DNA from: Bacteroidota bacterium
Lineage (GTDB): Bacteria > Bacteroidota > Bacteroidia > 2-12-FULL-35-15
Direction of reading: 5' to 3'
Assembly (NCBI GenBank): GCA_021323165.1
Contig: JAJTCJ010000026.1
Span: forward strand, 1,804-65,803
Length of the DNA: 64,000 nt
Below the pieces are notes generated by a model. The model was not told the origin of the DNA. It worked only from the letters and a program-made list of their open reading frames with translations, and did no database searches. Made by a program: the position numbers and the translations under genes. This document shows positions 18,838 to 28,542 of the stretch, one piece after another; positions within the stretch are counted from its first letter, which is position 1, and every line of letters starts with the position of its first letter.

Positions 18838-21066
18838 TTACTTCAATATGTTTCCCAAAGCTGAATCAAACGTTTCTTTTGCTTCTGCTATTGTACCAAA
18901 TGATTCTTCATCGATCATCATTTCTTTTCCTGTGACATCTCCAAGGTAAGCAAACTCTGCATTGCTTTCCATCATGATATCAATGAATTTATCCTCATCA
19001 GATTTTTTCACTGAAACAATTACCCTGCTTTGCGCTTCTCCAAAAAGGAATGCATCTTTACGAATGCTTTCATCACAGCTGATGTCGAAACCAAGTCCAT
19101 TTGTCATTGAGCTTTCAAGAAGAGCAATGAATAATCCTCCGTCAGCGCAGTCATGTGCAGACTGAATGATCTTATTCTTAATAAGTGTTTTTACCGCCTG
19201 CTGAACTTCAAATTCTTCGTTCAGATCAAATGACGGAGCTGGTGAATTTTTTACTTTATGGAATGAATATAAATATTCGGAAGAAGCAATATCATTCTTT
19301 GAATTACCGATCAGATAAATAGAATCACCTTCATTCTTAAAATTAAGTGTCATGCGGTTATTCTTATCTTTCAGAATTCCAAGCATACCGATAGTTGGTG
19401 TAGGAAACACAGGGCCTTCGTATGATGACTGATTATAAAAACTAACATTTCCACCTGTAACAGGTGTTGAAAATTTGATACATGCTTTTGCCATTCCTTT
19501 GATAGAACCAACAAACTGCCAGTAAACTTCAGGGTTATAAGGATTTCCGAAATTCAGACAGTTAGTGATCGCTGAAGGCTCTCCTCCGCTGCATACAATA
19601 TTACGTGCGGCTTCAGAAACTGCAATTGCACAACCAGTTTCCGGATCAGCATTTACGTAACGTGAATTACAATCAACCTTTAAAGCAATTGCTTTATTTG
19701 TTCCCTTAATGTTTACAATAGCTGCATCGGATGGGGCATTAGTACTCATATTAACTGTACCAACCATTGAATCATATTGATTATAGATCCATTGCTTTGA
19801 TGCGATATTGGGATGAGAGATCAAAAATTTTGCCACCTCCTTCATATCTTTTGGTTCTTCAACCTGATCGATATTAAATTTTTTGCTTTCTGCGAAATAT
19901 GCAGGCTCTTTGTATTCTCTTTTGTATATCGGGGCACCGCCACCAAGAACAAGCGATTCTGCAGGAACATCAGCAACAAGTTCATCTTTCACAAAATAAC
20001 GCAGACGTTTTGTATCAGTTACTTCACCAATGATCTCACAATTCAGATCCCATTTTTCAAAAACTCTTTCCACATCTTTTTCTCTTCCCTTCTTCACCAC
20101 GATAAGCATACGCTCTTGCGATTCTGAAAGAAGGATCTCCCATGGAAGCATGTTTGCCTGGCGTGTAGGAACTTTATCCAACCAAATATTCATTCCGTGT
20201 TCACCTTTTGCACTCATTTCTGAAGTAGAGCAGGTAATGCCCGCAGCACCCATATCCTGCATTCCTATTACTGCTCCTGTTTTGATAACTTCCAAAGTAG
20301 CCTCAAGCAATAATTTTTCCTGGAAAGGATCTCCTACCTGAACAGCAGGAAGATCTTTTGCAGAATCTTCAGTTATATCTTTTGAAGCGAATGCTGCTCC
20401 GTGAATACCATCTTTACCTGTTGCAGATCCAACTATATAAACCGGGTTACCTACACCATACGAAGTTGCAGAAACAGTTTCACCCGCTTTTACAATTCCT
20501 GCACTCATTGCATTTACCAATGGATTAACATTATAACACTCGTCAAAGAATACTTCTCCTCCGACTGTTGGGATACCGAATGCATTTCCGTAATCACCAA
20601 TTCCTTTTACAACACCTTTTACAAGCCATTTTGTTTTATCCAACTTTGGATCACCAAAACGTAATGAATTAAGCTGAGCGATCGGGCGGGCACCCATCGT
20701 GAAAATATCACGGTTAATTCCGCCTACTCCCGTTGCAGCACCCTGATAAGGCTCAAGAGCAGAAGGATGATTGTGTGATTCAATCTTGAATGCACAACCC
20801 AGGTTATCACCAATATCAACTAAACCGGCATTTTCTTCTCCTGCTTTTGCAAGCATGTGGGGACCGTCCTTAGGAAGGGTTTTCAACCATGTAATTGAAT
20901 TTTTATAAGAACAGTGCTCACTCCACATAACCGAGTAAATACTTAATTCAACAAAATTAGGAGTGCGCCCAAGAACTTCAACGATCTTATCAAACTCTTC
21001 CGGCAATAAGCCTAACTGCTTTGCTGTTTCTACTGTTGTAGCTTCTCCCTGTACTGTTACTGACAT
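18838..21066 (-). CDS. purL: phosphoribosylformylglycinamidine synthase subunit PurL (FGAM synthase II)
   Basis: The N-terminus 'LGLLPEEFDKIVEVLGRTPNFVELSIYSVMWSEHCSYKNS' and the tandem AIRS/AIRS_C pattern identify it. At 742 aa it is typical of the small PurL. Confidence 0.9.
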   Translation of the reverse strand: MSVTVQGEATTVETAKQLGLLPEEFDKIVEVLGRTPNFVELSIYSVMWSEHCSYKNSITWLKTLPKDGPHMLAKAGEENAGLVDIGDNLGCAFKIESHNHPSALEPYQGAATGVGGINRDIFTMGARPIAQLNSLRFGDPKLDKTKWLVKGVVKGIGDYGNAFGIPTVGGEVFFDECYNVNPLVNAMSAGIVKAGETVSATSYGVGNPVYIVGSATGKDGIHGAAFASKDITEDSAKDLPAVQVGDPFQEKLLLEATLEVIKTGAVIGMQDMGAAGITCSTSEMSAKGEHGMNIWLDKVPTRQANMLPWEILLSESQERMLIVVKKGREKDVERVFEKWDLNCEIIGEVTDTKRLRYFVKDELVADVPAESLVLGGGAPIYKREYKEPAYFAESKKFNIDQVEEPKDMKEVAKFLISHPNIASKQWIYNQYDSMVGTVNMSTNAPSDAAIVNIKGTNKAIALKVDCNSRYVNADPETGCAIAVSEAARNIVCSGGEPSAITNCLNFGNPYNPEVYWQFVGSIKGMAKACIKFSTPVTGGNVSFYNQSSYEGPVFPTPTIGMLGILKDKNNRMTLNFKNEGDSIYLIGNSKNDIASSEYLYSFHKVKNSPAPSFDLNEEFEVQQAVKTLIKNKIIQSAHDCADGGLFIALLESSMTNGLGFDISCDESIRKDAFLFGEAQSRVIVSVKKSDEDKFIDIMMESNAEFAYLGDVTGKEMMIDEESFGTIAEAKETFDSALGNILK

Positions 21067-21210
21067 AATCTTTAGTTAATTATTGTAATCATTCAGCCCG
21101 ATTAACTGATCAACCAATAACCATTAACCTTTTTTAATCGACCAAATTTAAGGAAAACAGCCCTATTGAACCGGATTTTTTATTTTGAGTTTTCAACAGT
21201 TTTGAATTGT

Positions 21211-21218
21211 TATATTTG
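21211..21218 (+). promoter_or_regulatory. candidate -7 box TATATTTG, with TTG 23 nt upstream, in the purL/membrane-protein divergent region
   Basis: This is a TAnnTTTG match with a TTG at 21185-21187. It would drive plus-strand transcription toward the ORF at 21310. Confidence 0.3.
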
Positions 21219-21309
21219 AGGGAAATATCAGCGCACAAAGGGCATAAAAAGGGTTATTGAGAAGCGATTTTCTAAAACCCGCACCTTCTGAGCGAAAATC
21301 CTTAAAAAC

Positions 21310-22641
21310 TTGGAATTTCTTTTAACACTGACATATACTCTTTTTTTCATCTTTATCATTCAAAAGATGAGTTTTTTCAATGCCGAAGGACTATCAAAAC
21401 GGATCATTTCGAGTGTCTTTTTATTGAAAATTTTCTTCGGACTTTTACTCTGGAGCATTTATACTTTTTATTATACCGATCGATCTACTGCTGATATCTA
21501 TAAATATTTTGACGACAGTGAAGTGATCTTTAATTCTCTTTGGACAAATCCAGCTGATTATTTCAAAATGCTTTTCGGTATTGGAAACAACACTCCTGAA
21601 TTCGATCATTATTATGCTGAAATGCATTACTGGACCAGAAAGATAGATTCGAATATTTACAACGACAGTCATACCATAATCCGGTTCAATGCCCTGGTAA
21701 GATTATTCTCATTTGGCTACTACAATGTGCATACTGTTGTGATCTGTTTCCTTTCCTTAACCGGATTGACAGCCATTTACAAGACTTTCATTCCTTATCT
21801 GAAAGATAAAAAACGTGAATTGATATTTGCCGTTTATCTTTTACCTTCTGTTCTTTTCTGGGGTTCAGGCGTGCTTAAGGAAGGATTGATATTTTTTGCG
21901 TTGGGCTTGCTGATCTATCACACCAACAAACTTTTCAGTATTAAATCCATTATTATTTGTCTCGCAACAGCCTTCCTGCTGGCCTTTTCAAAATTCTATG
22001 TCTGGATAGCTGTACTCCCCGGGCTTCTTTTTATTTTATGGATCAATAAAAGCAGCGCAAAATATTTATTTATAAAATTCACAGCTGTTATTGTTTTTAT
22101 TGCAGCTATCGGATTAAATATTGAATCATTCACAACCATTCAAAATCCGCTTGTTACGCTTTCTCAGAAACAATACGAATTCAATGAACTGGCCTATGGA
22201 AAGCTAACGGATGCAAACAACAATCCTATTCCTGTTGCAGGAAGCGTTATTCATATAAATAAGCTTGAACCGACATTGACCTCATTTCTAAAAAATGCAC
22301 CCGCTGCATTGAAGAATACTTTCCTTCGTCCGTATATCACGGAACTGAAATCACCTCTTATGATGCTGGCCGGCATTGAAACAATTCTAATTCTTATCAT
22401 CATTTTACTATGTCTTATTTTCAGCAGTTCTCTTGTGACTATAAAATGGGAATACGTGATCTTCTGCTTATCATTTGTGATCATTCAGTTTTTAATTATT
22501 GGTGAAACAACTCCAATTCTCGGAGCTGTTGCCAGATATAAAACTATTGCATTGCCTTTCCTGGTTATTGCATTTTTATTCATCCTTGATAAAGGAAAGA
22601 TCTCTAAGAAACTGCCGTTCTATAATAAGATCTTCGTTTAA
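21310..22641 (+). CDS. polytopic integral membrane protein of unknown function
   Basis: There are at least 10 hydrophobic segments. No catalytic motif was recognised. The start may be the internal Met at 21367. Confidence 0.55.
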   Translation: MEFLLTLTYTLFFIFIIQKMSFFNAEGLSKRIISSVFLLKIFFGLLLWSIYTFYYTDRSTADIYKYFDDSEVIFNSLWTNPADYFKMLFGIGNNTPEFDHYYAEMHYWTRKIDSNIYNDSHTIIRFNALVRLFSFGYYNVHTVVICFLSLTGLTAIYKTFIPYLKDKKRELIFAVYLLPSVLFWGSGVLKEGLIFFALGLLIYHTNKLFSIKSIIICLATAFLLAFSKFYVWIAVLPGLLFILWINKSSAKYLFIKFTAVIVFIAAIGLNIESFTTIQNPLVTLSQKQYEFNELAYGKLTDANNNPIPVAGSVIHINKLEPTLTSFLKNAPAALKNTFLRPYITELKSPLMMLAGIETILILIIILLCLIFSSSLVTIKWEYVIFCLSFVIIQFLIIGETTPILGAVARYKTIALPFLVIAFLFILDKGKISKKLPFYNKIFV

Positions 22642-22651
22642 ATATTTTAAA

Positions 22652-22659
22652 TACATTTG
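22652..22659 (+). promoter_or_regulatory. candidate -7 box TACATTTG upstream of the permease gene
   Basis: A TAnnTTTG match lies 24 nt upstream of the ATG at 22683. Confidence 0.35.
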
Positions 22660-22682
22660 CTCAACACAAAACATCCAACATT

Positions 22683-24608
22683 ATGAATTTTAAGAGTTTG
22701 TTCAGGAAAAAAACTGTAAATGACATTTTAACTCAAGTTGAAAAAGATTGTGCAGCAGACGGTCATGGCTCACTTGGCAAACATCTTGGTGTAAGAGATC
22801 TTGCAGCATTTGGTATCGCTGCTATCATTGGAGCCGGTATTTTCAGCACCATCGGTAAAGCCAGTGCAGATGGCGGACCTGCAGTTATCCTTCTTTTCCT
22901 ATTTACAGCGATTGCCTGCGGTTTTGCGGCATTTGCTTATGCAGAATTCTCTTCAATGGTACCCGTTTCAGGAAGTGCATATACATACTCTTATGTTGCA
23001 TTCGGTGAGTTGATCGCCTGGATCATTGGTTGGGCACTGATCATGGAATATGGTATCGGTAATATCACTGTTGCAATTTCATGGAGCGATTATTTTACCG
23101 GACTTCTTGAAAGTGGCGGAATGCATTTACCTCAGTGGGTGCAAATGGATTATCTAACCGCTTCAAAAGGATTTGATCAGGCTACAGCTTTAATGCAAAG
23201 TGGTAAACCTTTTGAAAACCTGGATGGCAATATACAGGCTGCATATACTGCCTGGACAACCTCTCCATCTATCGGACCTCTTCATATTATTGCAGATCTT
23301 CCGGCATTGGGAATCATCATTTTTATTACATGGCTTGTATATCGCGGAATGAAAGAATCACGCAATGCAGCTAATCTGATGGTGCTTATAAAACTTTGCG
23401 TGATATTACTTGTGATCGCTGTAGGTGTATTTTATGTTGACACTGATAACTGGGATCCATTCGCACCAAACGGAGTTGGCGGTGTGCTTAAAGGTGTATC
23501 GGCTGTTTTCTTTGCCTACATAGGTTTTGATGCGATCTCAACTACTGCGGAAGAATGTAAAAATCCACAGCGCGATCTTCCAAGAGGGATGATGTGGGCG
23601 ATCATAATCTGTACAATATTATATATAATCATTGCCCTGGTTTTAACAGGAATGGTTAGTTACAGCGAATTAAATGTTGGTGATCCTTTAGCTTTCGTAT
23701 TTCAAAAGTTAAACTTGAAATGGATGTCGGGAATAATAGCTGTCAGCGCGGTTGTAGCTATGGCAAGTGTTCTCCTTGTATTCCAGATGGGACAGCCGCG
23801 TATCTGGATGAGCATGAGCCGCGATGGATTACTTCCTAAAAAATTCTCTAAGATCCATCCGAAATACAAAACACCTTCTTTTGCAACTATCGTTGTGGGA
23901 TTTGTTGTTGCTGTTCCTGCATTGTTCATGAACCTTACTATGGTTACTGATCTTTGCAGCATCGGAACTCTTTTTGCTTTTGTACTGGTTTGTGCAGGAG
24001 TTCTTGTTCTTCAAAACAAAAAAGATATTCCACGCGGAAAATTCAAAACTCCATATGTAAATGCGAAATTCATAATGCCTTTATTACTTGTGATCGGAAT
24101 AGTCCTTTCCTTCACATTAAATAAGGAGGCAACTGTTTCCTTTCTGACAAATGAAAGACAACTGAATGATCCCGCTACTCTTGTAACTTCGTTAGAATCC
24201 AATGAAATTGAAACATTAAAAGGACATTTACTTCAAGCCGACAGTGCTGCATTTATTTCAAACAATTCGGATGTAGAAACCTACCTGAGCAGTCTGGACG
24301 AAACACAATACACAACTAAAGTTCATGAATTACCCATAAAAGATGAACTAAAATACGAATCCGGTTTAGGTTTGTTCAAACACAAAATTCCTATGTGGAT
24401 CTTTATCATCATTTCATTCGCGCTCGCAGTATGGGCTTTCAGAGCGAACCTTTCACTTATTCCGCTTTTAGGATTGGTAAGCTGTTTATACATGATGGCT
24501 GAATTAGGCGTTTCAAACTGGATCGGTTTCGGCATCTGGCTGTTGATTGGATTACTGATCTATTTCGGTTACAGCAGGAAGAACAGTAAATTAAAAGCAA
24601 GTAATTAA
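22683..24608 (+). CDS. APC-family amino acid permease with C-terminal extension
   Basis: The N-terminal region 'LGVRDLAAFGIAAIIGAGIFSTIGKA...FAYAEFSSMVPVSGSAYTYSY' is typical of APC/CAT permeases. There are 12 or more TM segments plus two C-terminal TM segments. Confidence 0.8.
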   Translation: MNFKSLFRKKTVNDILTQVEKDCAADGHGSLGKHLGVRDLAAFGIAAIIGAGIFSTIGKASADGGPAVILLFLFTAIACGFAAFAYAEFSSMVPVSGSAYTYSYVAFGELIAWIIGWALIMEYGIGNITVAISWSDYFTGLLESGGMHLPQWVQMDYLTASKGFDQATALMQSGKPFENLDGNIQAAYTAWTTSPSIGPLHIIADLPALGIIIFITWLVYRGMKESRNAANLMVLIKLCVILLVIAVGVFYVDTDNWDPFAPNGVGGVLKGVSAVFFAYIGFDAISTTAEECKNPQRDLPRGMMWAIIICTILYIIIALVLTGMVSYSELNVGDPLAFVFQKLNLKWMSGIIAVSAVVAMASVLLVFQMGQPRIWMSMSRDGLLPKKFSKIHPKYKTPSFATIVVGFVVAVPALFMNLTMVTDLCSIGTLFAFVLVCAGVLVLQNKKDIPRGKFKTPYVNAKFIMPLLLVIGIVLSFTLNKEATVSFLTNERQLNDPATLVTSLESNEIETLKGHLLQADSAAFISNNSDVETYLSSLDETQYTTKVHELPIKDELKYESGLGLFKHKIPMWIFIIISFALAVWAFRANLSLIPLLGLVSCLYMMAELGVSNWIGFGIWLLIGLLIYFGYSRKNSKLKASN

Positions 24609-24630
24609 TTTTCATAAAATCATAGAGAAA

Positions 24631-24654
24631 GCCTCGCATCTGCGGGGCTTTTTT
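24631..24654 (+). terminator. rho-independent terminator (7-bp GC stem with one G-U, loop ATCT, then T6)
   Basis: The sequence is 'GCCTCGCatctGCGGGGCTTTTTT', 23 nt after the permease stop. Confidence 0.6.
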
Positions 24655-24679
24655 ATGAAATAAAATGTCTTCTAAATTG

Positions 24680-24687
24680 TATCTTTG
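24680..24687 (+). promoter_or_regulatory. candidate -7 box TATCTTTG upstream of the SDR gene
   Basis: A TAnnTTTG match lies 55 nt upstream of the ATG at 24743. Confidence 0.25.
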
Positions 24688-24742
24688 ATCTAATATTTAA
24701 ACACAGCCCAATAACTAATAACCATTTAACTATTACCCAAAG

Positions 24743-25495
24743 ATGATAGCATTCATTACAGGAGCAACTGCAGGAATTGGAAAAGCAACAGCATCCCTTT
24801 TCGCGAAGAACGGATATGATATAATAATTACCGGCAGAAGACAGGATCGCCTGGATGCCGTATCAGCAGAATTAAGCAAAGCGTACAACATAAAGGTATT
24901 AGCACTTCATTTTGATGTCCGCAATTTACCGGAAGTAGTTAACGCAATCAGATCAATCCCGGATGAGTGGAAACAGATCAATGTTCTTGTAAATAATGCA
25001 GGATTGGCTGTCGGACTAAACAATATCCAGGAAGGTGTTGTAGATGACTGGGAACGTATGATCGACACTAACATTAAAGGTTTACTTTATATGACACGCA
25101 ACATTGCTCCTATCATGATCAGCAATGGTTTTGGACATATCATCAATATCGGATCAATTGCAGGAAAAGAAGTTTATGCTAACGGAAACGTTTACTGCGC
25201 TACAAAACATGCTGTTGATGCTCTGAATAAAGGAATGCGTATCGATCTTCTTCCGCACAATATTAAAGTAACTGCGATCAATCCCGGGATGGTTGATACA
25301 GAATTTTCTGTTGTAAGATTCAAAGGAGATGATGAACGCGCAAAAAGTGTTTATAAAGGAATGCAGCCGCTCAAAGCGGAAGACATTGCAGAAACTATTT
25401 ATTGGGTTGCCAGCCGCCCTGCTCATGTAAACATAAATGATATTATTATAATGCCTGCTGTTCAGGCGAATTCTACGACTACTATACGCAAATAA
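24743..25495 (+). CDS. SDR-family NAD(P)-dependent oxidoreductase (YdfG-like)
   Basis: It carries the Rossmann motif 'ITGATAGIGKATA', the motifs 'NNAG' and 'YCATKHAV' (YxxxK), and is 250 aa. Confidence 0.85.
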   Translation: MIAFITGATAGIGKATASLFAKNGYDIIITGRRQDRLDAVSAELSKAYNIKVLALHFDVRNLPEVVNAIRSIPDEWKQINVLVNNAGLAVGLNNIQEGVVDDWERMIDTNIKGLLYMTRNIAPIMISNGFGHIINIGSIAGKEVYANGNVYCATKHAVDALNKGMRIDLLPHNIKVTAINPGMVDTEFSVVRFKGDDERAKSVYKGMQPLKAEDIAETIYWVASRPAHVNINDIIIMPAVQANSTTTIRK

Positions 25496-25508
25496 GATTT
25501 CACTACTA

Positions 25509-25549
25509 TTTACCACGGAGCCACGGAGAACACTTAGAAACACAGAGAG
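25509..25549 (+). repeat. repeat-family copy A (L-arm orientation) 'TTTACCACGGAGCCACGGAGAACAC...'
   Basis: It matches the copies at 27315 and 36071 and is the inverse of those at 25604 and 27778. Confidence 0.7.
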
Positions 25550-25570
25550 AAAATAAGAAGAAATAATAAA

Positions 25571-27361
25571 ATGATAATAAACAACAGCTATATAAAAATA
25601 TACTCCGTGAAACTCTGTGTTCTCTGTGCCTCCGTGGTGATTTTCTTTTCTCTCTCCTCCTGCTCCACCAAACAAAAAGCCGATCTCATCATTCATAATG
25701 CAATTATCTACACCGTTGATTCTGCGTTCAGCACAGCTCAGAGTTTTGCAGTAAAAGACGGTAAATTCATCGCAATCGGAACAAATGAAGCGATCCTTTC
25801 CAAATACAATGCAGAAGAAACAATTGATGCTGAAGGCAAATCGGTTTATCCGGGAATTATAGATTCTCATTGTCATTTTTATGGTTATGGTGAAGGATTA
25901 AGACATGTGAATCTTGTTGGAACAAAATCTTTTGATGAAGTGATTGACCGCATTGTAAAATTCTCAAAGGAGAATCCCGATGCGAAATGGATCATCGGTC
26001 GCGGCTGGGATCAAAACGACTGGGCTGTTAAAGAATATCCGAAAAGATATATGCTGGATAAATTATATCCTTCAACACCTGTTTTCATAGAACGTATTGA
26101 CGGACATGCCGCTCTTGCAAATGCGGAAGCATTGAGAAAAGCCGGGATCACAAAAGCGACAAAAATAAACGGTGGTGTAATAGAAATAGATCTTATCACC
26201 GAAGATAAAGGCAATGAATACCAATGGACGGAAGCCAATGAAAGTAAAGAATTAAAAAAACTTCAATATCCTGTTTCCATGCCAAGCGGTATTCTCATCG
26301 ACAATGCGGTTGATCTTGTAAAGAAAAATATTCCTAAACCATCGAAGGATGATATAAAGAAATCCCTGCTTGCTGCAGAAAAGAATTGTTTTGAAGTCGG
26401 ATTAACAACAGTGGATGATGCAGGTCTTGAAAAAAATATCATTGATGCGATAGATGAGTTTCAAAAAAGCGGAGAATTAAAAATGCGCATCTATGCAATG
26501 CTTTCCGATAACAAAGAAAACCTCGATCATTATCTGAAAGCAGGGAAATATAAAACCGACAGACTGAATGTACGCTCTTTCAAATTTTATGGTGACGGAG
26601 CATTAGGCTCACGCGGAGCATGCTTATTAAAGCCTTATTCCGACAAACCTGAAGAAAGAGGATTTCTGTTAAGCAAGCCTGAACATTTTGACAGTGCGGC
26701 TGTAAAAATGATCGATCACGGATTTCAGATGAATACACATTGCATCGGGGATTCTGCGGTTAAATTAATGATAGACATAAACGGACATTTCTCGATCGAA
26801 GGAAACTCTATTTTACGATGGAGAATAGAACATGCCCAGGTGATAGACAAAAAAGACTTTGAATATATGCGTGACTTTATTCCTTCCGTACAACCTACAC
26901 ACGCCACATCTGATATGTATTGGGCAGAACAGCGCCTTGGCAAAGAACGCGTTAAATACGCCTATGCTTATAATGATCTTTTAAAAGCTGCAGGAATGAT
27001 TGCGCTAGGAACAGATTTTCCTGTAGAGAATATTAATCCGATGTATACGTTCTATGCTGCAGTAGCAAGAAAAGATCTTAAAGGATTTCCTGAAGGTGGT
27101 TTCCAACCTGAGAATGCTTTATCCCGTGAGAATACATTACGCGGCATGACTATCTGGGGAGCATTCGCCAATTTCGAAGAAAAAGAAAAAGGAAGTATCG
27201 AAAAAGGAAAGTTTGCCGATTTTGTGATTCTTGATCAGGATATCATGAAATGCAATATTGATAGTGTTCCGAAAGCTAAGGTTGTTTATACTTTTGTGGG
27301 AGGCGAGAAGGTTTTTTACCACGGAGGCACAGAGAACACTAAGAAACACGGAGACAAATAA
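25571..27361 (+). CDS. amidohydrolase-family metal-dependent hydrolase (lipoprotein)
   Basis: 'GIIDSHCHFYGYG' supplies the HxH metal site, with 'HCIGD' and 'GTDFPVE' downstream. The lipobox is 'FFSLSSCS'. The N-terminal 'SVKLCVLCASVV' and the C-terminal 'HGGTENTKKHGDK' are encoded by the repeat arms. Confidence 0.8.
   Translation: MIINNSYIKIYSVKLCVLCASVVIFFSLSSCSTKQKADLIIHNAIIYTVDSAFSTAQSFAVKDGKFIAIGTNEAILSKYNAEETIDAEGKSVYPGIIDSHCHFYGYGEGLRHVNLVGTKSFDEVIDRIVKFSKENPDAKWIIGRGWDQNDWAVKEYPKRYMLDKLYPSTPVFIERIDGHAALANAEALRKAGITKATKINGGVIEIDLITEDKGNEYQWTEANESKELKKLQYPVSMPSGILIDNAVDLVKKNIPKPSKDDIKKSLLAAEKNCFEVGLTTVDDAGLEKNIIDAIDEFQKSGELKMRIYAMLSDNKENLDHYLKAGKYKTDRLNVRSFKFYGDGALGSRGACLLKPYSDKPEERGFLLSKPEHFDSAAVKMIDHGFQMNTHCIGDSAVKLMIDINGHFSIEGNSILRWRIEHAQVIDKKDFEYMRDFIPSVQPTHATSDMYWAEQRLGKERVKYAYAYNDLLKAAGMIALGTDFPVENINPMYTFYAAVARKDLKGFPEGGFQPENALSRENTLRGMTIWGAFANFEEKEKGSIEKGKFADFVILDQDIMKCNIDSVPKAKVVYTFVGGEKVFYHGGTENTKKHGDK
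25604..25666 (-). repeat. repeat-family copy A' (R-arm, inverted) plus CT-rich extension
   Basis: 'CTCCGTGAAACTCTGTGTTCTCTGTGCCTCCGTGGTG' is followed by 'TTTTCTTTTCTCTCTCCTCCTGCTCC'. It pairs with A 54 nt upstream. Confidence 0.7.
27315..27356 (+). repeat. repeat-family copy B (L-arm) 'TTTTTTACCACGGAGGCACAGAGAACACTAAGAAACACGGAGAC'
   Basis: It encodes the last 14 aa of the amidohydrolase and sits immediately 5' of the GxxExxY gene. Confidence 0.7.
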
Positions 27362-27364
27362 TTT

Positions 27365-27775
27365 ATGGCTACGCAAAAAAATATAAATGACTTATCATAC
27401 ACCATCATCGGGTGCGCAATAGAGGTTCATAAGCAATTAGGACCTGGTTTGCTTGAATCAGTTTATCAGGAATGTTTTATAGAAGAATTGAAACAAAACA
27501 ATCTCAATGTTAAGTCACAAATCGCTGTTCCAATTACTTATAAAAATAAAAATCTCGGAACTCCATTAAAACTTGATATCCTTGTAAATGATCAGATAAT
27601 CATTGAACTTAAAGCTGTAGAATCAATGATTCCCGTATTCCAGGCTCAGTTACTTACTTATTTAAAACTTACAAATAAGCCAAAAGGTTTGCTAATTAAT
27701 TTTCATTCATTAAATATCTCGAACTCAATTGTATCTTTGGTAACAGAAGAATTCTCTAAACTACCGGTAAAATGA
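27365..27775 (+). CDS. GxxExxY family protein (PD-(D/E)XK nuclease-fold, TIGR04256-like)
   Basis: 'SYTIIGCAIEVHKQLGPGLLESVYQECFIEEL' contains the eponymous G..E..Y motif. The core 'LDILVNDQIIIELK' is D...ExK-like. It is 136 aa. Confidence 0.75.
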   Translation: MATQKNINDLSYTIIGCAIEVHKQLGPGLLESVYQECFIEELKQNNLNVKSQIAVPITYKNKNLGTPLKLDILVNDQIIIELKAVESMIPVFQAQLLTYLKLTNKPKGLLINFHSLNISNSIVSLVTEEFSKLPVK

Positions 27776-28515
27776 TTTTCTCCGTGAAACTCCGTGTTCT
27801 CTGTGCCTCCGTGGTAAATATCCTTCTCTTTCTCTCTCTTTCCTCCTACTCCCAGGAAGGTCGCAAATACTCACGCCTGAAACACCGTATAAGCGTTGGC
27901 CCGGTAATTACATTAATTAAGAATGATCCTCATTTTACAAGGGACACAAAAGCAAAAGCAGGATTTAACGCAGCATATAAAGCAGAGATCCTGCTCGGAA
28001 GAAAAACAAATGTTTTGGTCGGACTAGAATACATGAGCCAGGGATTAACATTCAAAGGTTATTATAAAGCGAATGGTTACACTTATTTATATGATGAAAC
28101 ATTTTCATATACACATGAAATAAGATACAACGAAGTGCAAGTCCCAATTGGTTTAAAGCTTGCATTTAACAGTGAAAAAGATCGTCCTTCTACTGCTTAC
28201 CTTTTCGGAGGGATCGGTTTCCGTTATATTTTCAGTTCATATATAGTGATCGCTTCCGATTCCACCAACACTACTCCATACGATGGAAAAGGGACAATTG
28301 AATTCGAGCATCAGCGTGTTGCAAAAGGTCTGAATGGCTATTACCAGGGAGGCTTGGGTATTCAAAAAAATTACAGAAGTACATCTAAAGCGTTGTTTCT
28401 TGAACTGACTTTTAAAAGGACATTTTCAAGAATTCATTACTCCGGATCAAAGAATTCAAATAATATCAATTTCAGGGATAATAATGTAGCGATAACAATC
28501 GGACTCCGATTGTGA
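27772..28515 (+). CDS. outer-membrane beta-barrel (porin-family) protein
   Basis: After a signal peptide there are alternating hydrophobic strands, and the C-terminus ends in the beta-strand 'VAITIGLRL'. Confidence 0.65.
   Translation: MIFSVKLRVLCASVVNILLFLSLSSYSQEGRKYSRLKHRISVGPVITLIKNDPHFTRDTKAKAGFNAAYKAEILLGRKTNVLVGLEYMSQGLTFKGYYKANGYTYLYDETFSYTHEIRYNEVQVPIGLKLAFNSEKDRPSTAYLFGGIGFRYIFSSYIVIASDSTNTTPYDGKGTIEFEHQRVAKGLNGYYQGGLGIQKNYRSTSKALFLELTFKRTFSRIHYSGSKNSNNINFRDNNVAITIGLRL
27778..27852 (-). repeat. repeat-family copy B' (R-arm, inverted) plus CT-rich extension
   Basis: 'TCTCCGTGAAACTCCGTGTTCTCTGTGCCTCCGTGGTA' is followed by 'CCTTCTCTTTCTCTCTCTTTCCTCCTACTCC'. It encodes 'SVKLRVLCASVV...LSLSS' of the downstream OMP. 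Confidence 0.7.
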
Positions 28516-28542
28516 CGTTATGAATCTAAATAGTACAATCAA

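Noticed and set aside
21067-21309. Purine or other riboswitch in the 243-nt leader upstream of purL
   Set aside because: Reading the minus strand shows no purine-riboswitch conserved core (the 'UAUA...GGGA...CCC' junctions). Only candidate promoter boxes for the divergent genes were found.
25154-25876. 240-aa minus-strand ORF spanning the SDR/amidohydrolase junction
   Set aside because: It is antisense to two well-supported genes. Its sequence is low-complexity and repeat-derived ('HHGGTENTEFHG' is the repeat arm read on the other strand). It is judged spurious.
27365-27775. Interpreting the repeat-bounded gene as a transposase or IS element
   Set aside because: The protein has the small GxxExxY / PD-(D/E)XK signature, not a DDE, HUH or serine recombinase. 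No recombinase gene was seen in the window.
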